Shown: positions 50,302 to 59,571 of the stretch, in pieces
How positions within the stretch are numbered: the first letter of the stretch is position 1
Layout: the number at the start of each line of letters is the position of its first letter
NCBI GenBank assembly: GCA_036679665.1
Contig: JAZHEJ010000040.1
Location: 1-59,571 of the forward strand
Length of the DNA: 59,571 bases
Direction: 5' to 3'
Source of the DNA: Candidatus Tethybacter castellensis
GTDB lineage: Bacteria; Pseudomonadota; Gammaproteobacteria; Tethybacterales; Tethybacteraceae
Notes under the pieces: model-generated
What the model saw: only the letters and a program-made list of their open reading frames with translations
What the model was told of the DNA's origin: nothing
Databases searched by the model: none
Made by a program: the position numbers and the translations under genes

Positions 50302-51518
50302 TCACTTCCTTTATCTACAACGGCTTCTTCTTTTTCGATCAATTGCACTTCATTATCCAATTCTGGTAGCTGTTTGCGACCTTTTGCCCCGAGTTCTTCT
50401 AAGCGCTGAGCTTCTCTGATCAGGCCTCTTGAGCCTTGTGTTGAGGTACGTAAGCCGTCTAACGTTCGAGCGACAGTTTGGTGCTGTGCGATCGCCTTGT
50501 CGATATCGGCCAGCAATTTAGCTGCCACATCATGCATTCGCCCGGCACGAGCGACAATTTTCTGAACACTACGCGAGCTACGATCCGCCTGCCAAATATT
50601 TTCGACTATGCGCAGTGTAGCCAACAAATTGGTGGGACCTAGTACGATCACGTTTTTAGCGCGCGCCGTTGCGAACAGTTCCGGATATTTTGACATCATT
50701 AGCTGCCAAGCCGGCTCAATCGGGGTATACATAATCGCAAACCCCAATGAATTGAGCTCTTTTATCTGCAGATATTTTTCGTGGATCTCATTTACCTGAC
50801 GCATCATCGCCGCATGCAAATTACTGAGCGCCGAGTCGCGAGCATTATCTTCACTGGCCTCGCAGTAAGCGATATACGCGACCAGCGAAACCTTCGCATC
50901 TATAACCACGTGTCGGTCACCAGGCAAATTTAACACCACATCAGGCCTTACTGTCACGCCATTACTAGTGTAACTAGACTGTTTTATATACCCCTCGCCT
51001 TCGTGTAATCCTGCCGCTTCTAACGCGCGACCGAGCACGACCTCACCCCAATCTCCTTGCGCTTTATTATTACCTCGCAATGCGGCGGCCAAGTTATTAG
51101 CCTCTTGACCTAAAGAACCCACGGTCGACTCGAGACTATTAAATTTTTCTTCGAAAACCACCTGGGCGGTTCGATGAGTCTGCAACATGCCACCGACTTG
51201 GTCACGGAAAATCGATATGTCCTTTTCTAGCTTGCCTAGCAAACCGCCAATGGTCGTATTGGCCAGTTGCACATGCTGTTCGCTTTGATTCTGAATCGCC
51301 TGCTGCGCCAACACCGCAAAACGGTCTTCGATCGATGCGAACATACGTGTCAAATCCTGCTCTTGACGCTGATCGGATTCTAACGCTATCAATTTTTCTT
51401 TATGGATTGCCGCTTCAGTGCGCGCGTCTTTACCCTGTCGTTCAGCCTGCTGCCATTTTACAAAAAAGAATATGGCAATAAAAGTGGTCGCTCCTGCTAT
51501 TACCCAAAGTAGCTCCAT
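50298..51518 (-). CDS. rmuC: DNA recombination protein RmuC family
   Basis: N-terminal TM helix, coiled coil, QGDWGE..L...LE, RPD....LP....V.IDAK, FA.MY.P.E, GPTNL. Confidence 0.9.
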   Translation of the reverse strand: MELLWVIAGATTFIAIFFFVKWQQAERQGKDARTEAAIHKEKLIALESDQRQEQDLTRMFASIEDRFAVLAQQAIQNQSEQHVQLANTTIGGLLGKLEKDISIFRDQVGGMLQTHRTAQVVFEEKFNSLESTVGSLGQEANNLAAALRGNNKAQGDWGEVVLGRALEAAGLHEGEGYIKQSSYTSNGVTVRPDVVLNLPGDRHVVIDAKVSLVAYIAYCEASEDNARDSALSNLHAAMMRQVNEIHEKYLQIKELNSLGFAIMYTPIEPAWQLMMSKYPELFATARAKNVIVLGPTNLLATLRIVENIWQADRSSRSVQKIVARAGRMHDVAAKLLADIDKAIAQHQTVARTLDGLRTSTQGSRGLIREAQRLEELGAKGRKQLPELDNEVQLIEKEEAVVDKGSE

Positions 51519-52852
51519 TATTCTCGTCTTTCCAGTACTACCTGTGTGTAATCCGGGGTATGAGTGTTCAACGTATACGCGGCGCGAATATCTTCAGCGA
51601 CGGCATTGGCTAACTTATCATCATGCACATACACCATTGCCAGCGGTCGGTCGTCGCGGCCGGGACCAACTTCACTGCCAATACCCGCGACATGATCCAA
51701 TCCTACTTGAAGATCTATTTTGTCGTTTTTCGTGCGCCGCCCGCCCTTCATTTCAACCATCGCTATGCCAACGGTGCGGACATCTATCGCCGCAACTTTT
51801 CCGGCACTGTGCGGATGTACCGCAAGTTTTACCGGGGCAATTTTCAAATGCTGACGCGGCTTGTCCACAAAATCATTCGGCCCGCCTAGGACCGCCACTA
51901 TTTTGCCCAAAGCCTCAGCCGCTTTACCTGAGCTTAAAGCCTCATGAATTTGGTTGCGCCCTACTTGCAGGTCGGAAGCTAACTTGCCCATTACCAGCAG
52001 CTCGGCCGCAAGTTCCACAGTAACCTCCAGTAGTCTACGGTCAGCCTGCTTATGATCAGTAAGCAGCATAACCGCTTCTAATGTTTCGATCGCATTACCC
52101 ACGGTTGTTCCTAACACCTGATTCATATCTGTAAGTAGCACTTTCAGATGAACGTCGGTTTTTTCAGCGACCGCAAGTAACGACTCGACTAATTTCTCCG
52201 CTGCCGAAATATCAGGCATGAAAGCACCGGAGCCGACCTTGACATCCATTACCAAACGTGAAATTCCCGCCGCGATTTTTTTCGATAATATTGATGCGGT
52301 AATCAAAGGCACTGAATCCACTGCTGCTATCGTGTCGCGTATCGAATACAGTTTCTTGTCTGCCGGCGCTATATCTGCGCTTGCGCTCACGATTGCGCCG
52401 CCAACTTGCTTGACGGTATTGACAAAAAACTTTGTGCTAGGTTCGGTGTTATAGCCGGGAATAGCATCCAATTTATCAAGCGTTCCGCCACTATGCCCAA
52501 GGCCTCGTCCGGATACCATAGGAACAAATGCCCCACAGGCAACTAATATCGGCATTAAAGCGATACTGACTTTGTCGCCAACTCCTCCTGACGAATGTTT
52601 ATCTAGAATCGGCCCCCCCAAATCCTGCTCATCCCAATGTGTAACTAGCCCAGAGTGTGCCATCGCCTCGGTGAGCAAACCGGTTTCGTTGGCATTCATA
52701 CTCCTGCAACACACTACCATCGCAAAAGCCGCAACCTGACAATCATCCACCTGGCCGGTCTGTATACCGGAAATAAAGTCAAATATTTGGCGCTCGGTCA
52801 GTTCGGCGCCTTCACGTTTTGCACGAATTATTTCTGCGGGCAACATCATCAT
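51518..52852 (-). CDS. deoA: Thymidine phosphorylase
   Basis: LPAEIIR.KR.G, DKHSSGGVGDK, SGRGLGHSGGTLDKL, SILSKKIAAG, GNAIE. Confidence 0.94.
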   Translation of the reverse strand: MMMLPAEIIRAKREGAELTERQIFDFISGIQTGQVDDCQVAAFAMVVCCRSMNANETGLLTEAMAHSGLVTHWDEQDLGGPILDKHSSGGVGDKVSIALMPILVACGAFVPMVSGRGLGHSGGTLDKLDAIPGYNTEPSTKFFVNTVKQVGGAIVSASADIAPADKKLYSIRDTIAAVDSVPLITASILSKKIAAGISRLVMDVKVGSGAFMPDISAAEKLVESLLAVAEKTDVHLKVLLTDMNQVLGTTVGNAIETLEAVMLLTDHKQADRRLLEVTVELAAELLVMGKLASDLQVGRNQIHEALSSGKAAEALGKIVAVLGGPNDFVDKPRQHLKIAPVKLAVHPHSAGKVAAIDVRTVGIAMVEMKGGRRTKNDKIDLQVGLDHVAGIGSEVGPGRDDRPLAMVYVHDDKLANAVAEDIRAAYTLNTHTPDYTQVVLERRE

Positions 52853-53141
52853 CCGTTGTCAATTATCGGATACTATTGAAATTAACAAAGTTCAAGCATA
52901 TGCGCGTGGCCGGGCCGGCTTAGTCAAGCGAACGACTCGCCTTTGCATGCCGCTAAATAACAGTGCACCACACAATGTACGAGCTAATTGCTGATCCAAC
53001 CTTGGAACGACCAGTTCGTACAACGGATCAATTGGCGATAAAAAGCTTGATATTCACCAGCATATAAAGATCGACACATGAGAGTTACCATGCCCTTTTC
53101 CATTTCGTATCCACTATTCGGCACAAATGAAATACCATAAA

Positions 53142-55187
53142 TTAATTCTGTATTTTCAAATTATTAGAGCGTAATTCTGAGATCAATTCTTTAATTTCGA
53201 CTATCGGCACGGAACATGTGTTGCCTCTACAAAGATGAGCCCATATTGTACAAGCCCCGGAAGGCTTGGGTTTGACTATGCTTGAGGGCAAATTTGTCAA
53301 GTCATACAGCGGCAAAATTATTTGTCCGGCATGAGTGTGAGGCAACAACTGCTCATGCCAGTTGCTAATCTTTTCCGATTCACCGGACAAAATAACGATT
53401 GGTGTTGGATTTAGCCATGCCGCGAAACTTGCTACTAGCACTGGGCTGTGAAACGGCGACGTCGCTAATAAATTGCTAAAGCCACCGATAATCCTGTCGC
53501 CAACCTCGAGATAATCAGTGCGTCCCAACAGCCAGCCCAAAGTCAGCAGACAACCCGCCGCCATTCCGTTGCCTGACGGGAGCGGACCATCGTCGCAACT
53601 ACGTATTTTTCTTACTCCGATATCGGCTTCTTTAGGTACAAACAATAGTCCGCCTTTGCCGTCGTCATATTCGGCGATGATCAAATCAGCAAGCTTGGTT
53701 GCGTGGTTTAGATCTTCGGCGCGACAATCAGACTGTAACAGGTTGATCCGCGCGGATAGCAGCGACACAAGATCATCCAAAAATGCCGGCGCATCCGAAC
53801 AGCTCCCCTTGTTCCAGGCGGTGCGATAATGCTTTTCCGGTTTCATGTGATGCTCGACAAAATTCAAAGACCGTCGTGCCTGCGCAATCCAGTCCGGCTC
53901 GTTAAGATATCGGCCTGCAATCGTTAGCGCTTGCGCTGCTAGCGCACAGCTTATTATCAACGCCTTATCGTCGAGCATAGGTTTTGGCCGCATCGACCTG
54001 ATATCGCGCAACTTACGCCAAATTTCCTGAACTTGCGCTGACGGCGACGCCCAATCACTGTCTGGCGGTTGATGCAAATGGTACTCGCCTTCAAAATTCG
54101 GCGCACCTGAGTAGTTGGTGTGATTGCGCAATTCCGTCAGCTGTTTTTCGTTTAGTTCATGTTCCAACTGCTTGGACGACCAGACGTAGAACTTGCCTTC
54201 TTGGCCTTCGCTGTCCGCATCTACCCCACTGGCAAACCCGCCGTCATTTAGTTGCAAATCCGCCAACATCCATTTTGCAGTACGACGTGCGATATAACCA
54301 TAAGCGGATGATTGCCAAAGCGACGCGCCACGAGCATAAATTTCAAGTAGCTGCGCGTTGTCGTATAACATTTTTTCAAAATGCGGAATATCCCAAATAG
54401 GATCTACACAGTACCGATAAAAACCTCCACCCACATGGTCGTGCAAACCGCCAATTGCCATTGCATCTAAGGTTTTGCGCAACCCTTTTTCCAACTCGGT
54501 GTGGCCCGCGGCAGTCATCTGCAACGCGAACCCAAGATGCGGAGATTGAGGAAATTTCGGGGCTTGTCCCAATCCACCGTGATCAAGATCAAACGCTTTT
54601 TGTACTCCTGCGACAGCATTTTTTACATTTTGTAAGCTTAATTGCGGTCGATCGGTGGCGGGTTCGTCAATATTTCGCAATGCGTCCCAAATCATTTTGC
54701 GTTGCTGTTTTATTTCCTCGCGATGCTCGCACCATACTTTATGCACTCGCCCAAGCACGCTTGATAAAGCCATTAAACCGCCGCGAGGAACGGGGGGAAA
54801 ATATGTTCCGGTAAAAAACGGTATCAGCGTTTCGTCGAGGAACACGGTCAGCGGCCAGCCGCCGGTCTTGCGACTGAGCAAATAATGGGCCGCCTGATAA
54901 GTTTTATCCAAATCAGGTCTTTCTTCACGATCCACTTTTACGCATACAAAATGTTCGTTCATCAATGCCGCGGTTTTAAGGTCGGCAAACGATTCATGTT
55001 CCATCACATGGCACCAGTGACAAGACGCATACCCAATCGAAAGCAAAATAGGCACATCACGACGACGCGCCTCGGCCAACGCCAGTTCATCCCACGGTTG
55101 CCAATGTACCGGATTAGACGCATGTTGCTGTAAATAAGGGCTGATACAAGCTGCAAGCCGATTGGAGGAGTGATTATTCATACGCAA
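53142..55187 (-). CDS. Thioredoxin-domain plus (alpha/alpha)6-barrel protein, YyaL/SPATA20 family
   Basis: NRLA...SPYLQQHA.NPV.W.PW, SIGYASCHWCHVME.ESF, KVDREERPD, GGWPL, PHFEKMLYDNA, DADSEG.EG.FY. Confidence 0.92.
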   Translation of the reverse strand: MRMNNHSSNRLAACISPYLQQHASNPVHWQPWDELALAEARRRDVPILLSIGYASCHWCHVMEHESFADLKTAALMNEHFVCVKVDREERPDLDKTYQAAHYLLSRKTGGWPLTVFLDETLIPFFTGTYFPPVPRGGLMALSSVLGRVHKVWCEHREEIKQQRKMIWDALRNIDEPATDRPQLSLQNVKNAVAGVQKAFDLDHGGLGQAPKFPQSPHLGFALQMTAAGHTELEKGLRKTLDAMAIGGLHDHVGGGFYRYCVDPIWDIPHFEKMLYDNAQLLEIYARGASLWQSSAYGYIARRTAKWMLADLQLNDGGFASGVDADSEGQEGKFYVWSSKQLEHELNEKQLTELRNHTNYSGAPNFEGEYHLHQPPDSDWASPSAQVQEIWRKLRDIRSMRPKPMLDDKALIISCALAAQALTIAGRYLNEPDWIAQARRSLNFVEHHMKPEKHYRTAWNKGSCSDAPAFLDDLVSLLSARINLLQSDCRAEDLNHATKLADLIIAEYDDGKGGLLFVPKEADIGVRKIRSCDDGPLPSGNGMAAGCLLTLGWLLGRTDYLEVGDRIIGGFSNLLATSPFHSPVLVASFAAWLNPTPIVILSGESEKISNWHEQLLPHTHAGQIILPLYDLTNLPSSIVKPKPSGACTIWAHLCRGNTCSVPIVEIKELISELRSNNLKIQN

Positions 55188-55335
55188 ATTGAAAAATTAG
55201 CCGGTATGCTAATGCGGGTAATTATCCTTGATTAGTCCGATCAAATTGTTTTAGGTGCTTTTTTGTAGCTTATTTCGCGAACTTCGCCAAATATAATTTC
55301 TTTATGGTTGATCAACTGACAATGGAGAACTTGAC

Positions 55336-56238
55336 ATGTTACAGATAAAAGCGGAATTAGTATTGCAATGCGATAACGACTTAGGTGAAGGACTTTTTTT
55401 CGACCAGCCGGCTAATCGTTTGTGGTGGGTGAATATCTCTCCTCCTTCCGAACTTTGGTGCCTGGACTTGGGTAGTGGCAAAGAAACAACCTACCCGATG
55501 CCGGAAATGATTTCCTACGCAGTGCCGATGAAAAGCGGCGGGCTGCTAATCGCCGCGCATGGCGGGCTAAGAACATTTGATCCGATAACCGGACAGTACG
55601 AGCTACTCAAGCAGTTGGAGCCACGGCAACCTTTCAATCGCTCAAACGACGCCTGTTGCGACCCGCAAAAAAGGTTGTGGATCGGGACTATGCCCAACAA
55701 CATAGCGCCGGACACTTCATCAATCAAAATCACCGCGCCAACCGGCGCTTTATACCGGGTTGATCACGATCTTAGCGTTCACCTTATGATTTCCGACATC
55801 AGCATCTCAAATTCAACCTGTTTTAGCCCTGATGGCACGACCATGTATTTTTGCGACTCGTTGCAAGATTATATCTGGGCCTTTGATTTTGACGCTCCAA
55901 CCGGCAACATATCCAATCGCCGAAATTTTGCCACCTATAACGCTGGCGTAGCCGACGGTTCGACCACGGATTCTCAAGGAGGACTTTGGAATGCCAGACA
56001 TGGCGGAAGCTGTGTGGTGCGCTTTAATCCGCAAGGAGTAGTGGATGCGATTATCCAATTGCCCTGTTCTCAACCGACGACCTGTACATTTGCCGGCTCT
56101 AGCCTGCAGGATCTGTACATTACCACCAAACGCCAAGAGTTAAGCGCGCTACAACTAAGTCGCGAACCTCTGGCCGGATCGCTGTTTAAAGCCCGGGTGC
56201 CGGTGCCAGGTACCGTCGATACGCCTTTCGGCGGTTAA
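55336..56238 (+). CDS. SMP-30/gluconolactonase/LRE family protein
   Basis: LGEG, NR.ND...D...RLW.GTM, SNS.CFSPDG..MY..DS, DG.T.D..G.LW.A, CTFAG..L..LYIT; RBS GGAG. Confidence 0.9.
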   Translation: MLQIKAELVLQCDNDLGEGLFFDQPANRLWWVNISPPSELWCLDLGSGKETTYPMPEMISYAVPMKSGGLLIAAHGGLRTFDPITGQYELLKQLEPRQPFNRSNDACCDPQKRLWIGTMPNNIAPDTSSIKITAPTGALYRVDHDLSVHLMISDISISNSTCFSPDGTTMYFCDSLQDYIWAFDFDAPTGNISNRRNFATYNAGVADGSTTDSQGGLWNARHGGSCVVRFNPQGVVDAIIQLPCSQPTTCTFAGSSLQDLYITTKRQELSALQLSREPLAGSLFKARVPVPGTVDTPFGG

Positions 56239-56273
56239 ATATTATTTGCGTATGTGCCGGCGTCGGAACAATA

Positions 56274-57245
56274 TCAACCTTCGGCTGTAAGCTCGATGTT
56301 TTTATCGTCAAGGAACTTGATTGCGTCAGCAAAATGTTCAGGTAGCTTGCTGTCGATCACGATCGGCTCGGTACCTTGATATGGTACGAAAGTCAATTGT
56401 TGCGCATGCAGAAACATGCGCCCGAAACCCGCTTTACGGGCCATACGATTTACGTTCCACAGTCCGTAGCGAAGATCACCAAGTATGGGTAAGTCGACAT
56501 GGGCCAAATGTGCGCGCGCTTGATGAGTGCGCCCGGTTTCAAGTCGCAGTCCGAGTAAAGCGCCCAGCCGTCGCTGGTTCAGACATTTAGTCTTGGTACG
56601 ACTTGGCAGGCCGTCTTCGACAACAACCACGCGCCGGCCACCGCGGTCTGCAACGACTTTGCGCAATGCGAAATCTATTGTGGCAAATTTTTTATGCCAG
56701 CGACCCACTACCACCGCAACATAATCTTTTTTTACCTTACCGCTACTGAGCTGAGCATGGAACCAACGTAACGCGGGCATGGTTTTAACAATAACCACCA
56801 GCCCGGATGTGTCCCGATCCAGGCGATGGCCTAGCTCCAGATTCATTGCGTCGCGCATATGGCGCGCCGCTTCAATCAATCCGAAGCTAACTCCGCTGCC
56901 CCCATGGACCGCGACGCCGGCCGGTTTATCGAATACCACATAATTATCGTCTTCAAATATAACCGGAGGCAAGTTATGCAATTGTGGTTTGACAGGATTG
57001 CGCACCGTACGTCTAACCGGAGGCATTCGCAAAGTATCTCCAACGACGAGCTTTGTCTTCGGACGCGCCTTGGAGTTATTGAGGCGCACTTTTCCTGTGC
57101 GCAACAGCCGATAAATCAATTGGCGCGGGACTCCCTTACACTCTCTGATAAGAAAATTATCGATACGTTGCCCGTCGTGATGCTCAGAAACCAGCCAAGT
57201 GGCCCCTTCAGCAATTTGCTTGAGATTGTCATTAAATTCAGTCAT
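56274..57245 (-). CDS. rluC: 23S rRNA pseudouridine synthase C
   Basis: S4 domain GQRIDNFL, KPAGVAVHGGSG, HRLDRDTSG, TGRTHQ.R.H, RMFLHA; divergent from rne as usual. Confidence 0.93.
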   Translation of the reverse strand: MTEFNDNLKQIAEGATWLVSEHHDGQRIDNFLIRECKGVPRQLIYRLLRTGKVRLNNSKARPKTKLVVGDTLRMPPVRRTVRNPVKPQLHNLPPVIFEDDNYVVFDKPAGVAVHGGSGVSFGLIEAARHMRDAMNLELGHRLDRDTSGLVVIVKTMPALRWFHAQLSSGKVKKDYVAVVVGRWHKKFATIDFALRKVVADRGGRRVVVVEDGLPSRTKTKCLNQRRLGALLGLRLETGRTHQARAHLAHVDLPILGDLRYGLWNVNRMARKAGFGRMFLHAQQLTFVPYQGTEPIVIDSKLPEHFADAIKFLDDKNIELTAEG

Positions 57246-57603
57246 GCATCATCATCATCGGCACAATATCTTTGTAAATATTAACGTATTATGGTTGCGA
57301 TAGTAATTAATTGAACCGCAATTTTTTGCTTGTTCGCTGACATTATTCAGCCTTAAATGACTAACGAATGAACCTTGGCAAAAGTTACTCACAGCTGTTG
57401 TTCGAAATTAATTTGTGCGTTCTGCTAAAATGAGCATGGGAAATCCTGTGGACAAGGTAAGCTTATCTTGTTTTTTGCAAAACGTCAGTTTGTTGGACGT
57501 ATTATAGGAATATTTCTGAAGTTTTATTCGATATTATTTCGATCCATATTCTTGCGCGGTTTCATTCTTATAGCCTCGCAAAACATCTGCCAACTTGTTA
57601 TCC

Positions 57604-59571
57604 ATGCGCAAAATACTACTTAGTACCCTAAACCCTGACGAAAAACGCATAGCCATTCTTAGCGACGGTATTCTTCTCGACTACCTGTCAATAGTCCCCG
57701 GGGCAGAAGACCGTAAAAATAACATTTATTGCGGAATAGTACACGAAATTGAACCGTCTCTAGACGCATGTTTTGTAAATATCGGCGACGGGAAAAAGGG
57801 ATTTTTGCAATTTTCAGAAATTGATACATCCTGTCTGCTAGACAAGGAAGGCTCTGTTGCCGAACGCCTTAGCGTGGGCATGCCAATTTTAGTGCAGATA
57901 GCCAAAGATTCGCGTAGCGACAAAGGGGCGTTTCTTACTACCCGCATCAAGCTTTTTGGTCATCAGCTTATTTTGCTACCGCGTGACAAAGAACCTAATC
58001 TGCTACGTGTTTCTCGCCATTGCAACGAAACGGATCGTACTCGCATAATGACGGAACGCGACAATATTGTCTTGCCGGACAAAATGGCATTGATTGTCCG
58101 CAAGCAAGGCACCGACCAAGCAATTAGCAGCATTAACTGGGAGTTAACTCACTATTTGTTGCCGTTATGGGACATGATCTTAAAAGTTTTTGTCAAGCTT
58201 TCTGAGCCAACATTAATCTATCAGGATTCCAATATTGTCAACATGTGCATTCGTGAATACCTCACACCTAGTACTTCTGAACTGATTATTGACAACCCGG
58301 TTACCTACGAAGAAGCCAAAGAAACGTCTTCGGTATTAATCCCTGCGCTGCAAGACAAAATCAGTCTGGCTCCTGACGCCGATAACATTTTTGACGAGCA
58401 AGTGCTTAGCCAGCTTGATGCACTGATTGCGCGCGGTGTAAAGCTTCCTTCAGGCGGTGAAATTGTCATTGATATGACTGAGGCTCTCATTGCCATCGAT
58501 GTAAACTCCAAACGCTTTCGAACTCAAAGTAACGTCGAACAGACCGCTTTGCAAACCAACCTTGAAGCGGCATCGGAAGCTGCCCGGCAACTGCGGTTAC
58601 GCAACCTGGCAGGCCTGGTGGTAATTGATTTTATTGACATGGGAGAAGAGTCCAACCGACAAAAACTTGCGCACCATATCCAACGCGAATTCAACTCAGA
58701 CCGGGCATCAGTCAACATTGACCGGATTTCTAAATTTGGAACCGTAACCTTGTCGCGGCAAAATATCGGCCGTCCTTTGCACGAATCCCATTCGGTCATA
58801 TGTACAAACTGCCAGGGTACCGGACGCTTGCCAACGGTCAGGTCCTTCGCCCGCAATGTGCTTGATAAATTGCGTGATGCCGCCGTCAAACGTAGCTCAA
58901 TCGAATCCATCGTACTGGAGCTTCCCATTGATCCTGCGATATATCTACTCAATGAGAACCGTGACAAACTCAGCGATTTCGAAGCAAATTTCAAATGTAA
59001 ACTAATTATTTTGCCACGTAATAATCTACAGATTCCTGACTACAATCTGCGGATCGACAAGCATTCCAGAAAAGCCAAATCTAGTGAAGATTCTTTTGAG
59101 CGCAAACCAATCAAGGGCGTGGAACACGGAACCTATCTTAACGATCCAAAATCTACGCGCCGTCAGATGCCACCGGCAATTACCAGCTTCAAGCCTAGCC
59201 ACAGACCAAAACCTGCGACACCGGCAGCATCGCATGGCCACGCTGATGTGCCAAAAGAATCCAGTGGTGGCCTAACAAGCTGGTTCAAAGAGTTATTATT
59301 TCAGAAAAAACCAGCCGCCACGCCTCAGCACGGTACTCACCGGACACAATCTAAAAGAAGCAAAAGTGCTAAACCCAAAGGTAAAATATCCGCCGAGCAG
59401 CAAGCCGCTGAAGGTTCCACCAACCCGAAACGCAGGCGGCGGCGTTCCACTTCGCAACGTCGCGGGGGCAAAAAAACGACTTCGTCTGAAAACAAGCCGC
59501 CACGCCTCAGCACGGTACTCACCGGACACAATCTAAAAGAAGCAAAAGTGCTAAACCCAAAGGTAAAATAT
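57604..59571 (+). CDS. rne: Ribonuclease E (3'-partial; absent from the ORF track because no stop lies in the window)
   Basis: Translated by hand from ATG 57604: MRKILLS.., S1 domain, AIDVNS, TNLEAA.EAARQLRLRNLAGLVVIDFIDM, Zn link CTNCQGTG, amphipathic membrane-targeting segment GLTSWFKELLF, Arg-rich tail. Confidence 0.95.
   Translation, partial: MRKILLSTLNPDEKRIAILSDGILLDYLSIVPGAEDRKNNIYCGIVHEIEPSLDACFVNIGDGKKGFLQFSEIDTSCLLDKEGSVAERLSVGMPILVQIAKDSRSDKGAFLTTRIKLFGHQLILLPRDKEPNLLRVSRHCNETDRTRIMTERDNIVLPDKMALIVRKQGTDQAISSINWELTHYLLPLWDMILKVFVKLSEPTLIYQDSNIVNMCIREYLTPSTSELIIDNPVTYEEAKETSSVLIPALQDKISLAPDADNIFDEQVLSQLDALIARGVKLPSGGEIVIDMTEALIAIDVNSKRFRTQSNVEQTALQTNLEAASEAARQLRLRNLAGLVVIDFIDMGEESNRQKLAHHIQREFNSDRASVNIDRISKFGTVTLSRQNIGRPLHESHSVICTNCQGTGRLPTVRSFARNVLDKLRDAAVKRSSIESIVLELPIDPAIYLLNENRDKLSDFEANFKCKLIILPRNNLQIPDYNLRIDKHSRKAKSSEDSFERKPIKGVEHGTYLNDPKSTRRQMPPAITSFKPSHRPKPATPAASHGHADVPKESSGGLTSWFKELLFQKKPAATPQHGTHRTQSKRSKSAKPKGKISAEQQAAEGSTNPKRRRRRSTSQRRGGKKTTSSENKPPRLSTVLTGHNLKEAKVLNPKVKY
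59313..59571 (+). repeat. Exact 77-nt direct repeat (59313-59389 and 59495-59571), 182-nt period
   Basis: AGCCGCCACGCCTCAGCACGGTACTCACCGGACACAATCTAAAAGAAGCAAAAGTGCTAAACCCAAAGGTAAAATAT occurs twice; the second copy ends at the last base of the window. Confidence 0.95.

Noticed and set aside
51418-52023. 201-aa plus-strand ORF
   Set aside because: Antisense shadow of deoA/rmuC with no recognisable motifs.
52928-52960. Short plus-strand frame ANDSPLHAAK* resembling a tmRNA tag peptide
   Set aside because: No tRNA-like 5' acceptor (GGGG..GGATTCGAC) or 3' T-arm/CCA nearby, and the tag does not end in AA; likely chance.
57380-57610. DnaA-box-like sequences (TGTGGACAA, TTACTCACA, TTATCCATG) in an AT-rich spacer as a possible oriC
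   Set aside because: All are mismatched and sparse, and the spacer is explained by rluC/rne promoters and the rne leader.
1-59571. tRNA, rRNA, CRISPR arrays, IS elements, prophage genes
   Set aside because: None recognised by eye; intergenic gaps are too short for most. tRNAscan-SE and Infernal were not run.

Overview
A gene-dense bacterial chromosome segment with no tRNA, rRNA, CRISPR array, transposase or phage gene that I can recognise. Left to right: the end of a respiratory nitrate reductase operon (probable narJ tail, narI, a shortened NifM-like gene), a TRAP transporter, an aglEFGAK alpha-glucoside uptake operon, a polyamine-type ABC transporter, a stand-alone nuoFGHI block, TWO tandem leucyl-tRNA synthetase genes followed by lptE-holA-proA-trkA-trkH, aapJQMP, rpmH-rnpA-yidC-mnmE, msrB-yciB-bolA-parvulin, gdhA, mltG-tmk-holB-tatD, a sugar isomerase, rmuC, deoA, a YyaL-type gene, an SMP-30 lactonase, rluC and a 3'-truncated rne. 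Core gene order (leuS-lptE-holA-proA; msrB-yciB-bolA-ppiC) looks Betaproteobacteria-like, but the proteins are strongly diverged, operons are shuffled and several transporters look Alphaproteobacteria-like. That would fit a long-branch, possibly host-associated marine lineage such as the Tethybacterales/AqS2 group (inference only). The strongest novelty candidate is the leuS pair. Copy A keeps HVGH, KMSKS and the editing aspartate. Copy B has a remodelled amino-acid pocket, an Asp-to-Asn change at the editing residue and a ~430-aa insertion built from a 38-aa helical repeat. All family calls come from motif recognition by eye; no database searches were run.
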